Assembly (NCBI GenBank): GCA_965248595.1
Contig: CBDFJM010000004.1
Span: 22,833-86,832, forward strand
From: Dehalococcoidia bacterium
GTDB lineage: Bacteria; Chloroflexota; Dehalococcoidia; Lucifugimonadales; SHYF01
Direction of reading: 5' to 3'
Length of the DNA: 64,000 bases
Numbering within the stretch: position 1 is the first letter of the stretch; each line of letters opens with the position of its first letter. The position numbers and the translations under genes were made by a program. Shown in pieces: positions 7,114 through 17,707 of this stretch. The notes beneath the pieces were generated by a model, which was not told the origin of the DNA, did no database searches, and saw only the letters and a program-made list of their open reading frames with translations.

Positions 7114-9759
7114 CTATCTCCGGCTACGTCGCACCACAATTATGAGAACGACTCCAGCGACTACCCCAATCACTACCACGACGATAGCCCGCCAGGGGAA
7201 TCCTTCGTCCCCGCCGTCCGCCTCGGACGGCGCTGGCTCCGCCGTGGGTGTAGGCGTAGGAGTAGGTGGAGGCGGCGCTTCTTCAGTCTCGCCTCTGCCT
7301 GATTCCGACCAAGGGCTGACTCCCTCGGAGTTGATAGCCCGCACCTGCACCTCGTAGCCGGTCTCAGGCTTAAGATCGCTCAGGGTCATGGATATGCCGG
7401 TGCCGCCGTACCCGACGTCTTTGAACTCCCCGTCAGCTTCACGGTATTGCAAGTCGTAATCCGTGATCTCCGGTCCCTGGTTATCGGGCGCCGTCCAGTT
7501 TACTGCCAGGGTAGAGTGGCTGGTGGCCTTGAGGTCGGGTGCTGCTGGACGTGCCGGTGGCTCATCAACGTTCTCAACGCTGATGGTAACTATGATCCCA
7601 TCGACACCCCCTCGGCGGTCCCGGGCGCTCACCCGCACCGAGTATTCGTTCTTGACCTCGTAGTCCAACGCTGTCTTGGTGGTGAGCTGCCCTGTGCTAG
7701 GGTCCACGTCGAAGGAGGCTCGATCCATTCCCCACAGCCAGTACTCCAGCCGGTCATTATCCGAGTCCCTGGCGTTCACTGGGTCCCCCACAGCCATGCC
7801 CACTTCTGCGTTCTCCGGGACGGTGCGGGTGGTGTTGAGGCCCTCGTTGAACCTAGGCGAGCGGTTGGCAGGTTCGTCGTCCACCGCAGTGACGGTGACG
7901 GTGACCGTACCGGTGTCCGTATCCCCGTTCCCGTCCGACGCCACGTAGGTGAACGAGTCGGACCCGTGGAAGCCGGCGTTGGGGGTGTAAGTGATCGTGG
8001 TGGCGCTGCCCGACTTGATCACCGCCGTGCCGTTGCTGGGCATGGTCACCGAGGTCACCTGGAGCGTGTCTCCTTCGAGGTCCGTGTCGTTGGCCACCAC
8101 GTCGATGTCGACCGCCGTGCCCTCTGCGGTCGTAGTGGCGTCGTCCACCGCCGTTGGGGCGGTGTTGACGGGCGTCGCGGTCACGGGATCGCTGGCCTCG
8201 CTGGCGCCCACGGTGTTCCTCGCCCGTATCCAGAAGCCGTACTCTTCTTCATTGGTGAGGTCGTTTACCGTGTAGGAGGTTGCGTTGGTTGCGCCGGCCT
8301 CGCTGTCGGGTATGGCGGTCCAGCCCGAGACGCCATATACGTAAGCCGAGCCGGAATCCGCGCCCTTGTCATCGTCCCAGTGGACGCCCACCACCACCGT
8401 GCCCCCGCCCGCCGCGATCGACCACCCAAACTGGTCGCCACTGGCACCGTCGGTGGCGGTAAGCTTGACCGTTTCCGTTGCATCGGCCCATACCGAGTCA
8501 GTGGCCTTGGTAAACACGTAGACCGACCCGGAATCGTTAACAGAGTCACTGGCATCATCCGTGTGAGCGCCAACCACTACAGTGTTGCCGTCCACTGCTA
8601 CCGACCACCCAAACTGGTTTTTTTCAGCATCGGAGGTCGCCAACTCGGCCGTCCTCTCGGCATCTTCCCATCCCCCACTGGGCTTGGTGAACACGTAGGC
8701 GCGGCCCTGACTGCCAGAGTAGGCGGAGGCGCCGACCACCACCGTGCCCCCGTCCACCGCCACCGCAGCGCCAAAAGTGCCGGCTAGGCCGGCGGCTCCG
8801 TCGTCGATGGCCCCGGGGGTCAGCTTGGCCGTTTGGGTGGCATCGTCCCATCCCGCTGCGGGCTTGATGAACACGTAGGCGGAGCCGTAACCATCGTTGT
8901 TGGGGGCGCCCGCCACCGCGGTGTCTCCGTCCACCGCCACAGATTTCCCAAACTCGTCGAAATCGTCCCCGTCGGAGGCCGTCAGCTTGGCCGTATGCGT
9001 GGCATCGGTCCATACCGAGTCAGCGGCCTTGGTGAACACGTAGGCCGACCCGGATCCATCGTCTTCGCTGGCGCCCACCACCACAGTGTCCCCGTCCACT
9101 GCCACCGATTGTCCGAACCAGTCGCCTACCACCCCGTCGGAGGCCGTCAACTTGGCCGTCTCCGTGGCTGTGGCCCATCCCGTACCGGGCTTGGTGAACA
9201 CGTAGGCCGAATCGTCATAGCGGGCACCCACCACCACCGTGTCCCAGTCCACGGCTACCGACCAACCAAAGATGTCACCAGCCTCCCCGTCGGAGGCGGT
9301 CAACTTGGCGACCTGGCTCCACGCTCCCGACGAATCCTTGGCCAACACGTACGCCGCGCCCTTCTCGCTTTCGTCTTCGTAGGCGCCCACCACCGCGGTG
9401 TCTCCGTCCACCGCCACTGAATGCCCGAATAGGTCGCCAGCCACCCCGTCGGAGGCGGTCAGCTTGGCGATCTGCGCCTGCAGATATTCGTACCCGGTGA
9501 TGCTGGTGTCGGATGGGTCATTCCACCCCAGCGTGACCTGTGTGCTCTTGACGGTGGCTGTAAGATCGCCGGGCTTGGAGGGCACAGTGCCCTGGGCCTT
9601 ACCCACCTGCGGCACGGCTATCAATAACACTGCGACGGCTGCCATCGACAATAGTACCGCCGCTAGCAGTATCCATACGGAATTCCCGTGCTTGAACGCG
9701 CGTAAACTTTTCGTAAGGCCAACTATCTGCGTTGCGATGTCGGGTCCGCTCATTCGCAT
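7114..9759 (-). CDS. Membrane-anchored surface protein: FN3 / FG-GAP propeller / Ig-like / cadherin-like / FN3
   Basis: N-terminal hydrophobic segment, FG-GAP repeats, NTAPTAVDD Ig-like domain, PEN...LDYE cadherin motif, FN3, PTPTP linker, C-terminal TM plus RRSRR. Confidence 0.88.
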   Translation of the reverse strand: MRMSGPDIATQIVGLTKSLRAFKHGNSVWILLAAVLLSMAAVAVLLIAVPQVGKAQGTVPSKPGDLTATVKSTQVTLGWNDPSDTSITGYEYLQAQIAKLTASDGVAGDLFGHSVAVDGDTAVVGAYEDESEKGAAYVLAKDSSGAWSQVAKLTASDGEAGDIFGWSVAVDWDTVVVGARYDDSAYVFTKPGTGWATATETAKLTASDGVVGDWFGQSVAVDGDTVVVGASEDDGSGSAYVFTKAADSVWTDATHTAKLTASDGDDFDEFGKSVAVDGDTAVAGAPNNDGYGSAYVFIKPAAGWDDATQTAKLTPGAIDDGAAGLAGTFGAAVAVDGGTVVVGASAYSGSQGRAYVFTKPSGGWEDAERTAELATSDAEKNQFGWSVAVDGNTVVVGAHTDDASDSVNDSGSVYVFTKATDSVWADATETVKLTATDGASGDQFGWSIAAGGGTVVVGVHWDDDKGADSGSAYVYGVSGWTAIPDSEAGATNATSYTVNDLTNEEEYGFWIRARNTVGASEASDPVTATPVNTAPTAVDDATTTAEGTAVDIDVVANDTDLEGDTLQVTSVTMPSNGTAVIKSGSATTITYTPNAGFHGSDSFTYVASDGNGDTDTGTVTVTVTAVDDEPANRSPRFNEGLNTTRTVPENAEVGMAVGDPVNARDSDNDRLEYWLWGMDRASFDVDPSTGQLTTKTALDYEVKNEYSVRVSARDRRGGVDGIIVTISVENVDEPPARPAAPDLKATSHSTLAVNWTAPDNQGPEITDYDLQYREADGEFKDVGYGGTGISMTLSDLKPETGYEVQVRAINSEGVSPWSESGRGETEEAPPPPTPTPTPTAEPAPSEADGGDEGFPWRAIVVVVIGVVAGVVLIIVVRRSRR

Positions 9760-9908
9760 TTCGTCTTCACAATTCCCTCGGAACGCCAGTCCCTAAAGAA
9801 CTCCAAACAATCTGAGGGCTGAATCAACCCCAAAAGATGCAGAAGACGGTCGGCTAATATTTCGGATGATTCGACCATGCGGGAGTCTAGCCTTTCCGTT
9901 CAGTAGAA

Positions 9909-11034
9909 TCAAGTGGACCCCATCATCAGGACAGCGGTGAGGCTAAAATAAGAGAGTCTACCGCTGGGGTGTCTCGTAAACCTTCATCCGATGGTAAGGC
10001 TCGTGGATGTTCCAGTAAACACCTTTGTGAGCTCACTGCATGGAACACCCCATGCTCACTTGAACGCCTTGCACCTCAGCATGCTGGTGAAGGCCTCGCT
10101 GGTGAACTGGCTGCCCTGGTCGATGTTGAAGATCTGTGGCCGACCCTTGCTCAAGGCCTCTTCCAGAGCCGCAACACAGAAGTCTACCTCCAGGGTGTTG
10201 GACAGCCGCCAGGCCAGCACGTAGCGGCTGTGCCAGTCCATGATGGCCACCAAGTATAGGAAACCCCGAGCCATGGGTATGTAGGTGATGTCGGTGGCCC
10301 ACACCTGGTTGACCCGGTTGATCTCCAGCCCCTGAGCAAGTACGGATAGACCTTATGCCCCGGGTTTGGCTTGCTGGTGTTGGGACGCCGGTAGATGGCC
10401 TCCAGGCCTATCAGCTGCATCAGCCGGCGGACCCGCTTGCGGTTGACCTGGTGTCCGTGATTTCTGAGCCAGGCAGTCATCCTTCTGGATCCGTAGAAAG
10501 GTGTCTTCAGGTACTGTTGGTCTATGAGGGCCATCAACTCCAAGTCCTCGGCGCCGGCCTCGGTTGGCAGGTAGTACAACGAGGAGCGGCTGATACCCAG
10601 CAAGGCGCACTGGCGCACCAGAGACAGCTTCGGTTCTTCTCGGTCAATCATGGCCCTGCGTTGGGACCGGCTCACAACCCGAAGCTCCGTGACAAAAATC
10701 CCGTTCCACCTTGAGCTGCCCAATCTGTTGGTAGAGCTGGGCAGTGAGGACCTCTTGGTCCTTCTCCTGGCGTCCAGCACCATTTTCAAAGAGGTGCGGC
10801 GCCCCCTGAGTCAAGGCCTTCTTCCAGGCATGGATCTGGCTCGGGTGGACTTCAAACCGGCTGGCCAGCTCTGCAATGGTGTGCTCCCCATGGAGCCCGG
10901 CCAAAGCCACTTTGGCCTTGAAGACTGGGCTGTGCTTCTTACGTGTTTGCTTCATGTCCTGCTCCTTGCTTCCGTCCTATTTTAGAAGCGGGACTCTCTC
11001 TTAGCCACCTGTCCGAATTTTGGGGTCCACCTCA
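9909..11034 (-). mobile_element. Decayed IS3-family element
   Basis: IR-like ends TGAGGTGGACCCCAAAATTCGGACAG / TCAAGTGGACCCCATCATCAGGACAG; orfA 10644..10955; orfB (YGSRRM, W.TDITYI, DQGSQFTS) frameshifted and truncated. Confidence 0.85.
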
Positions 11035-11076
11035 GTTGTGGGAGCCTTTTCTTTTGATTATTGTTACCTCATTTGC

Positions 11077-11117
11077 AAGAACGCTCCCCTTCGTATATTC
11101 GCGGGGGGAGCGTTCTT
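11077..11117. terminator. Hairpin, probable terminator
   Basis: AAGAACGCTCCCC ... GGGGAGCGTTCTT 13-bp stem just after the stop of 11126..11326. Confidence 0.55.
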
Positions 11118-11125
11118 ATGCCTTA

Positions 11126-11326
11126 TTACAACCCCAGCCCTCTCCTGGCAATCATTCTGGTTTGATAATCACCACTTGTGGCCAAAGCCTGAAGCTTAGC
11201 CTTCGACCCTGAGGAGAGGTGTCCCGGCTTGCTGCTGGCCAGGACAATAGCGGCGTTCCGATAGTATTCAGTGGTCCCTGGTGCCGCCATCCCGACCGCC
11301 GATTTAATTCTTGCGTGACTATTCAT
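11126..11326 (-). CDS. Small hypothetical protein
   Basis: AGGAG RBS, 66 aa, followed by a hairpin. Confidence 0.5.
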   Translation of the reverse strand: MNSHARIKSAVGMAAPGTTEYYRNAAIVLASSKPGHLSSGSKAKLQALATSGDYQTRMIARRGLGL

Positions 11327-11466
11327 TGTTGAAATCTCCTCCAGTTCATGTGTGAATTCTCAGTCAATCGGAGTTTCGCGCCAGCGGCTAACTACCCATC
11401 TTAGCTTTCCTCCTTTTCTTAGTGGTTTTTATTTGCCGAACGCGAGCAGTAGGCATTCCAAGTAAC

Positions 11467-11907
11467 CTACTGGCCACGAAGGTGCACCAAGGCGCTATCA
11501 ACCTCAGGGGTTCGCGGTAACTCATAGCTCAAGCTGACAAGAGTCCCTGATGTTTCTACAGGATTGTTTGGGTTCTGCCTCCTCAGATTTTCTAAGAACT
11601 CTTCACGTTGAGCTGCCAGCGATGGGTTATTGTAGGTTTGCATTGCCGCCGCTCCTGCCGTTCTCAGGAATAAAGCTCAAGCGCTGTCATTCAGATCTAC
11701 CTTCTGCGACCGATCATTCCAGGCCTCTACGTCAACCTTTTCCCAGAAATCTCCCATCCGACCGCCTGCGTAGTCGTTTAGCTTCCCCAGTGGCACGCCG
11801 AATACCAGCCCATAGCTAAAACGATGGCCATCGAAGTTGACCTGTCCATCATACCGTTCCCCCCTTTCCCTCTCCTCTATCTCGACTCCAACGCTCAGAT
11901 TTGCCAT
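11467..11907 (-). pseudogene. Hypothetical protein with internal in-frame TGA
   Basis: GGAGG RBS; the frame stays open for 69 codons past TGA 11677-11679 until TAG 11467. Confidence 0.45.
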
Positions 11908-12022
11908 AACGACCCTCCCCTTTGTAGTGTCGGCGAGATAATTGTATCCTTGGTAGGGAGCCGGAGTCTCAAGGAAATATCAATCCGCTATCACATTTCT
12001 CTCAGCAAGGCAGGTATAAACG

Positions 12023-12290
12023 ATGAAGGGTACGACGAATGACGGACAGCAGGTTCACTTTAGCCCATATCGGCTGGACATACCTAATCTGTGCCTATGG
12101 AAAGGAGGAGAGCCGCTCGATGTGAAGGACAAGCCCCTTAAAGTGCTCTGGTATCTGATTGAGCACTCCCCTCGTGTCGTGGCCGTACGGGAAGTTATTA
12201 AAGAGCTTTGGGAAGAAGGGGAAGTTCAGGACCAGGTGCTAACGGAGGCTATTCACGAGCTTCGAAGGTCGTTGGGGGACAAGGGAAACG
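12023..12290 (+). pseudogene. CadC/ToxR-type winged-helix DNA-binding domain fragment
   Basis: FSPYRLD...PLKVLWYLIEH..RVV....I..LW.....DQVLTEAIHELRRSLGD; the C-terminal beta-wing is missing and the ORF runs on into the tRNA. Confidence 0.65.
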
Positions 12291-12517
12291 ATGTTGGAAA
12301 ACCATACGCCGAGCCACTCCCAGCGGTGCAGGCCCTAAAGCCAACTTCTAATGGTAGTTTCAACGAAGTGAATATCCTTCCGCAGGAGCCGGGAGGGGGG
12401 CTGACCCACGGCTCCTGCAGTTTATCTGAGGCTACAAGCCTTCGGCTTGCGCCTCATCCCTGTATACCTTATGCTTCAATAGGTTGCTTGGACCCGACGC
12501 TGACTTCAAGACAGCGG

Positions 12518-12592
12518 GCCACCGTAGCTCAGTGGTAGAGCAGCTGTTTCGTAAACAGCAGGTCCTCGGTTCGAACCCGAGCGGTGGCTCCA
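12518..12592 (+). tRNA. tRNA-Thr(CGT)
   Basis: GCCACCG/CGGTGGC acceptor stem, TAGCTCAGTGGTAGAGC D-arm, CTGTT-TCGTA-AACAG anticodon arm, GGTTCGAACCC, CCA. Confidence 0.97.
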
Positions 12593-12763
12593 CCACTGCT
12601 AAAATGGTGAATGCGTTACGTTGGTTGATGTCATTCCAAGATTCCTTTTCTGGCCCCGCCTGATGGCGGAGGCATGGATGCCGCATCCTGCAGGGTGCGG
12701 CGCTGGAGCGGATTTTGGGATAGGTCAATAAATAGCGGCATCTCCCGCTAGAGAGGCTGGCAA

Positions 12764-13567
12764 ATGAGCAAACTACTGGAACGTCTGGACCGGATAGCCA
12801 AAGGTACTGCCCCGGCCCTGGGGTTTGCGCCTCAGGGAAACAGGGAGAGTGTTCCAACCCTGGTGCTTCTGGCCTGGTTGGCAGGAAAGGACCAGAGGCA
12901 CAACTCTTCGCTAATCAAAGCGGGCCTGGATGCTATTTTACTGCCTGGCAGCTCCGCGGGGACCGCCGGAGCGGCACAACAACTCAAGTTGCTGGAGGGG
13001 GCCGTCTGGGGTGTGGCCGTAGAAGAGTCGGGTCAGGAGGGCTTGCAAGCCTACAAAGACCAGGGATGCGATTTCCTGGTCTTTGGCATCGATGGGACCA
13101 GGGTAGACGCTTTGGAGGAAGGCCAGTGTGCCAGGATTCTTCGCATTACAGCGGACCTGCCCGAGCCCCAGCTACGGGGCTTGGAGGACCTGCCCGTAGA
13201 CATCGTCATACTGCGCAAACCGGCACCTGAAGGTTCCCTGAGTCTGGCGCACCTTCTGGCCATATCCAACGTTCGCTCGGCCACGGGTCGCTACCTGTTG
13301 CTGGAGTGGGACGCCGAACTCACGACCAGGGAACTGGAGCAACTCCGGGACATGGGGGTGGACGGCCTGGTCATCACCGCGGAGGAGAGTCAGAGCAAAG
13401 CTATCAGGACGCTGCGTCAGAGAATAGACGTTCTGCCTCGCCGTAAGCCGCGGGGAGAACAGAAGTCAGTTCCCCTGCTGCCCAGGGTAGGTGGGCTAGA
13501 AGGCGCCCGGCCCGGGCGTCACGAGGAGGAGGAAGAAGAGGATGATGAGGGGTGGGATGAGCCGTAG
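12764..13567 (+). CDS. Hypothetical protein, possibly TIM-barrel/aldolase-like, with acidic tail
   Basis: 267-aa ORF with RBS; alternating beta/alpha pattern, MGVDGLVI; poly-Glu C-terminus. Confidence 0.7.
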   Translation: MSKLLERLDRIAKGTAPALGFAPQGNRESVPTLVLLAWLAGKDQRHNSSLIKAGLDAILLPGSSAGTAGAAQQLKLLEGAVWGVAVEESGQEGLQAYKDQGCDFLVFGIDGTRVDALEEGQCARILRITADLPEPQLRGLEDLPVDIVILRKPAPEGSLSLAHLLAISNVRSATGRYLLLEWDAELTTRELEQLRDMGVDGLVITAEESQSKAIRTLRQRIDVLPRRKPRGEQKSVPLLPRVGGLEGARPGRHEEEEEEDDEGWDEP

Positions 13568-13599
13568 AAGGCCCCAAACAAGCTCCTTGCGCTGACGAA

Positions 13600-13630
13600 G
13601 TAATCGGCCCGGCAACGGCGGGCCGATTAC
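13600..13630. terminator. Hairpin between convergent genes
   Basis: GTAATCGGCCCG-N7-CGGGCCGATTAC perfect 12-bp stem. Confidence 0.65.
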
Positions 13631-13631
13631 C

Positions 13632-15065
13632 TTATTGCTTAGCAACCATATCCGCCTGCGCAGGCACCGTAATGCCAGGGTAACTGTTGGAACTCACAGG
13701 TCCGGCCATAGGCCCGTGTCCCTTGTCTATGCGCCAGATAGCTGGGAATGCCACGGCTGCAACAAGAGTCATAATACCCAGCCCCACAGCTCCTACTAAC
13801 AGGGCAGGTCCAATCCCAAACCTCTCTGCCAGGATGCTGGTGGGGAAAACTCCCAGTGGCATCAGGCCAAATGTCATCATGGACAGGCTCGAGACGCGGC
13901 CCCGCATCTCATCCGACACGGCGAGTTGCACCAAGGACATGTTCATGGCCATGAAGGCGGTGCTGCCAAAACCTATCATAGCTAGCAAAGGCAACACCAG
14001 GCTCAGGTTTGTGGAGAGAGAGAACAGCCCTATGAAGATGGCCCAGGTCATAGCGGCGGCCAGCAGTATGAGTCCCTTGTGGCGCATGTCGCCCAGGCCA
14101 GCCAGGACTAGCGACCCGATGAGCGCCCCAACGCCCATGGAGGCCATCAGCAGACCCAGTCCCTCAGGACCTCGGCTCAGAACTTCAGTGTTGAACACGG
14201 GCAAAAGGAACTGAAGAGGCATTCCAAAGACCAGAGGCACTAACCCCATGAGCAGAAGGCCCAGTATCGTAGGGTTCCTCACTACGTACTTCAGTCCGTT
14301 TCCAATGTCTCCAATCATGCCGCGCCGCTGGGTTATTACTGTGCGGCCTTCGTGGCGCAGCAAGAGCAGCGTGATCACGGATATTACATAGAGCAGGGTG
14401 ATAATGTAGAAGACTATACCTACTCCCAGAGCGGAGGTCCTGTCTCCTCCCGCTACCAACGCAATAAGTACCCCTGCCAACGCCGGCGCCAGAATTCGGG
14501 AAAGGTTCATGCTGGCGGTGTTCAAGGCCATGGCGTTGACTAGATTCGCTTCACCCACAATGCCAGGAATGATTGCCTGGCGTGCGGGCATACTTAGAGC
14601 CAGGACAGTTCCGTTTAGCAAGCCAAATAGGATGAAATGGGTGAAGGTGACGTTACCGGTAATGATGATGGTGGCCAGGGCAAGGGAAGCCACAGCGTTG
14701 AGGCCCGTGGTGCCGATCATCACCCACTTCTTCAGGAGCCGGTCTGCCATGACGCCACCAAACAGGGCGAAGACAAGTGTGGGAGCCATGAAGGAGAGCG
14801 TCACCCAGGCGAGGGCTATGGCTGATTCGGTCATGTCGTAGATCAGCCAGCCGCGCGCCACCATCTGCATTTGCATTGCAAACATGGCGCCCAGGTTGCC
14901 CAGCCAAACGAGAAGGTACTCTCTGTTAGCCAGCGAGGCGAACATGGTCCTCGAGAATCCCAGAGACCCTTGCCCCATATCTCCGTGGCCGCTTGTGGCC
15001 ATGTCACCCGGACCATCTCGGGGGGCAGGAGCACCAGGTTTTCCGTTATTCAAGGTTCTCGTCAC
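13632..15065 (-). CDS. MFS transporter
   Basis: About 12 TM segments; GGVMADR, PARQAIIP, MRGRV motifs. Confidence 0.9.
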   Translation of the reverse strand: MTRTLNNGKPGAPAPRDGPGDMATSGHGDMGQGSLGFSRTMFASLANREYLLVWLGNLGAMFAMQMQMVARGWLIYDMTESAIALAWVTLSFMAPTLVFALFGGVMADRLLKKWVMIGTTGLNAVASLALATIIITGNVTFTHFILFGLLNGTVLALSMPARQAIIPGIVGEANLVNAMALNTASMNLSRILAPALAGVLIALVAGGDRTSALGVGIVFYIITLLYVISVITLLLLRHEGRTVITQRRGMIGDIGNGLKYVVRNPTILGLLLMGLVPLVFGMPLQFLLPVFNTEVLSRGPEGLGLLMASMGVGALIGSLVLAGLGDMRHKGLILLAAAMTWAIFIGLFSLSTNLSLVLPLLAMIGFGSTAFMAMNMSLVQLAVSDEMRGRVSSLSMMTFGLMPLGVFPTSILAERFGIGPALLVGAVGLGIMTLVAAVAFPAIWRIDKGHGPMAGPVSSNSYPGITVPAQADMVAKQ

Positions 15066-15571
15066 TAGCGGGGTAATGAAAAACTCTTCCGAGCATATTC
15101 CTGGCCCCCCTTTCCTTACGGTCTACTCATGACAGGTCCGACTTCGTCGTGACTTCCCGACTCCATCAAGGACGCCCGATAAGATCGGCGCTCGACCAAG
15201 TCGGAACTCTAGCTAGGAAGGGTGGGAAGTTGTATTCAGGGTATACCTCAGCAGATTCAGCGTCAACGGGATGGGCGGGACTTGAAGCTGCGCTACGGAA
15301 AGCGTCTATGCTGTTTGGCGATGGGATGGGTAAGGGCAACGCTCTCCCCTGCTGCTGCTCATTTGCGAGCCAACTTTGGAGTATAATCATAAGACTCTTT
15401 GACTGAAGGCAGAGGCACGCACTGGCCCCGATTAGAACTCTTGAAAGATTTCCCGGGGACATGGCTACCCTTGTTAGGGTCTCATCAACAAAGAGTATGG
15501 GACGTTGCAATATCTTCTACGAGGAGTGAAAGGCAGGATCTTTTGTTCAATTCCACAGGCCCATCGTTCCC

Positions 15572-16474
15572 GTGGAGAGGACCATTGTGATAGCCACAGC
15601 CACGGACGTTTCCCTGGCGGGCCTTCAGCCTGATGGGGTGGTTCGCTCCTCCAACGCTCCCGTTCTCCGCGTCGCCGCGCTTATGGCTGGGGGTTCGCTT
15701 CTGGCTGCCTCGGCGGCAGTGCTGAGCATCGCCAGGGAGTTTCCACATCCCGGCCATCAAGCGGTGGTGGCCCTGGCCACTTTCACGCTGGCGTTGATGG
15801 TGCTGGGCAGCACGTTGGGAATTACTGGTAGGAACCGCGCCCCGGCTCTACTCCAGTTCGGGGCATACACCGTGCTGGTCATGGCCCTTCCCATGGTGAG
15901 GTACGTCCCTTTTGTATACAGGTTTGTCTACCTGAATGATCTGGAGTCGTTCTTCCCGCCGCTGTGGCCATACTGCGCCACCATTCCTCTTCTCTTCGTA
16001 CTCCTGGGCGAGCTGCTCTTTTCTCGCCGGCAGAGGACCGTCCCCGTGCTTCTGGTGGCGGCGTCCTTGGTCCCAGCCGCTATGCTCCTCTTCTTCTCCT
16101 CAGAGGCGATCCAGGCCATGGCAGCTACCCCGGCCGGTGTTGCATTGCCGTGGAGGGTATTCCTTGCCCTGGGCATCTGCATAGCAACCAGCGCCTTTGT
16201 CGTCTTGGCAACAGCAGGGACAACCCGGGGACTGTTATGGCCGGGACTGATGGTGCTGGTGAGTATTGGCCTCTCCCTGGAGGTTGTGTCCACCTTCTCA
16301 TACGGGAGTATCTCGCCAAAGATGTTCGACCTTGGTCTGCCCGGCCTCTCGCCGTGGGTCGCCGTTGCTGCGGGAACGGTGCCCGGGGCGCTCACGCTCC
16401 TGTTAAGCGTGGCGATCGTAACCGCCCACGCCTCTCGCCGGCGTGAGAAACAGATATTGGGTGACGTGCCGTGA
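15572..16474 (+). CDS. Multi-pass membrane hypothetical protein
   Basis: About 8 hydrophobic segments; GTGA overlap with the next gene. Confidence 0.6.
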   Translation: MERTIVIATATDVSLAGLQPDGVVRSSNAPVLRVAALMAGGSLLAASAAVLSIAREFPHPGHQAVVALATFTLALMVLGSTLGITGRNRAPALLQFGAYTVLVMALPMVRYVPFVYRFVYLNDLESFFPPLWPYCATIPLLFVLLGELLFSRRQRTVPVLLVAASLVPAAMLLFFSSEAIQAMAATPAGVALPWRVFLALGICIATSAFVVLATAGTTRGLLWPGLMVLVSIGLSLEVVSTFSYGSISPKMFDLGLPGLSPWVAVAAGTVPGALTLLLSVAIVTAHASRRREKQILGDVP

Positions 16475-17706
16475 GACGGTTGTACATGGTTCTATTGTTG
16501 ACAGGCATAGCCATCCTAAGTGGTGTGGCCTCGGGCTTCGCCATCTTCTATTTCCTGGTTTATACGCTGATAGGGGTCATATTGGTAGGATTTCTATGGT
16601 CTGCGACGAATCTCGTTGGGATCCACGTCTCTGCCAAACGCGCGTCTGGGCTGGCTAAAGTGGGTGAGTTCCTGGAAGCTGAGCTATTCATCCAAAATCG
16701 CAGTCCGTTGCCGAAGTTGGTGCTGGAAGTAAGAGATATGGCCGATCTGCCTGGCCAAGTGACTGGCAAGGTAATGAACCTTAAACCTTTTCAGGGGGTC
16801 CGTTGGCTTGCCAAGTCCCCGTTGAAGAAGAGGGGGGTGTACAAGCTGGGGCCGGCCCGGGCCTACTCTACCGACCCCTTTGGCCTGTTTCGGCTCAGCC
16901 GCGCTTTCCCTGGCGTGGACGAGGTTACGGTCTACCCCGCCACCGTTGACCTTCAAGATTTCCAGCTTTCTTTGAGCGACACGTTCCACCATGGTGTCAG
17001 GTATCTGCAGAGTCACGAAAGCGCCTCTTCCGTATCCAACATACGGGAGTATAACCCGGGGGACGGCTTCCATCGTATCCACTGGGCATCCACGGCTAGA
17101 ACGGGAAGGCTAATGGTCAAGCAGTTCGAGAACGAGACTAGGAACCACGTGTGGGTTGTGCTGGACATGCACCAGGACGTCCAGGCCGGCGGCGAAATAG
17201 ACAATACTGAGGAGTGGGGCGTCACCATAGCGGCGTCTCTGGCTGAGAAGTTCCTCTCCATGGACTGGCCGGTAGGTATCATGGCCCACGGGGACCACCG
17301 GTATCTCCTGACGCCCCAGCAGACCCCCAACTTTCACGAGGAACTGCTGCGCGTCATGGCAATGGCCCGGGCCACAGGCAGCAGGCCCTTGATGCAGGTG
17401 CTTAGACAGGAGTGGGACTCTTTCAGCCCGTCGTCCCGTGTGGTGGTTATCACACCATCAACTGACTCTTCGTGGCTCCAGGAGCTGAGCGGCCTGCCCT
17501 CATACAGGTCCAGGGTTGCCGTGGTGTTGATAGATGCTCACTCGTTTGGGGGGCACCGGAGCTCTCAGCAGGCCCAGGGCGTGCTCCAGCAGGATGGCAT
17601 AATCACCTACGTGGTGCGCCAGGGCGAACCCCTGAGCGTAGCCCTGGACTACAGGCGAACGGTGGCTTATCGCCCAGTCATGGCTACCATTTCAGAAGGA
17701 CACTAG
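16471..17706 (+). CDS. DUF58 domain protein
   Basis: DPFGLF, REY.PGD...RIHWASTARTGRLMVKQFE motifs. Confidence 0.9.
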   Translation: MRRLYMVLLLTGIAILSGVASGFAIFYFLVYTLIGVILVGFLWSATNLVGIHVSAKRASGLAKVGEFLEAELFIQNRSPLPKLVLEVRDMADLPGQVTGKVMNLKPFQGVRWLAKSPLKKRGVYKLGPARAYSTDPFGLFRLSRAFPGVDEVTVYPATVDLQDFQLSLSDTFHHGVRYLQSHESASSVSNIREYNPGDGFHRIHWASTARTGRLMVKQFENETRNHVWVVLDMHQDVQAGGEIDNTEEWGVTIAASLAEKFLSMDWPVGIMAHGDHRYLLTPQQTPNFHEELLRVMAMARATGSRPLMQVLRQEWDSFSPSSRVVVITPSTDSSWLQELSGLPSYRSRVAVVLIDAHSFGGHRSSQQAQGVLQQDGIITYVVRQGEPLSVALDYRRTVAYRPVMATISEGH

Positions 17707-17707
17707 C

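Noticed and set aside
7447-8787. Long antisense ORFs (also 21803..22864, 22825..23829, 34441..35352, 51860..52618)
   Set aside because: Shadow frames of well-supported genes in GC-rich DNA
4019-9500. Periodic DNA repeats in the FG-GAP genes as an array or DGR template
   Set aside because: Explained by protein repeats; no reverse transcriptase and no adenine-specific variant pair seen
12518-12592. tRNA-Thr as an island integration site
   Set aside because: No adjacent integrase and no duplicated 3' end seen in the window
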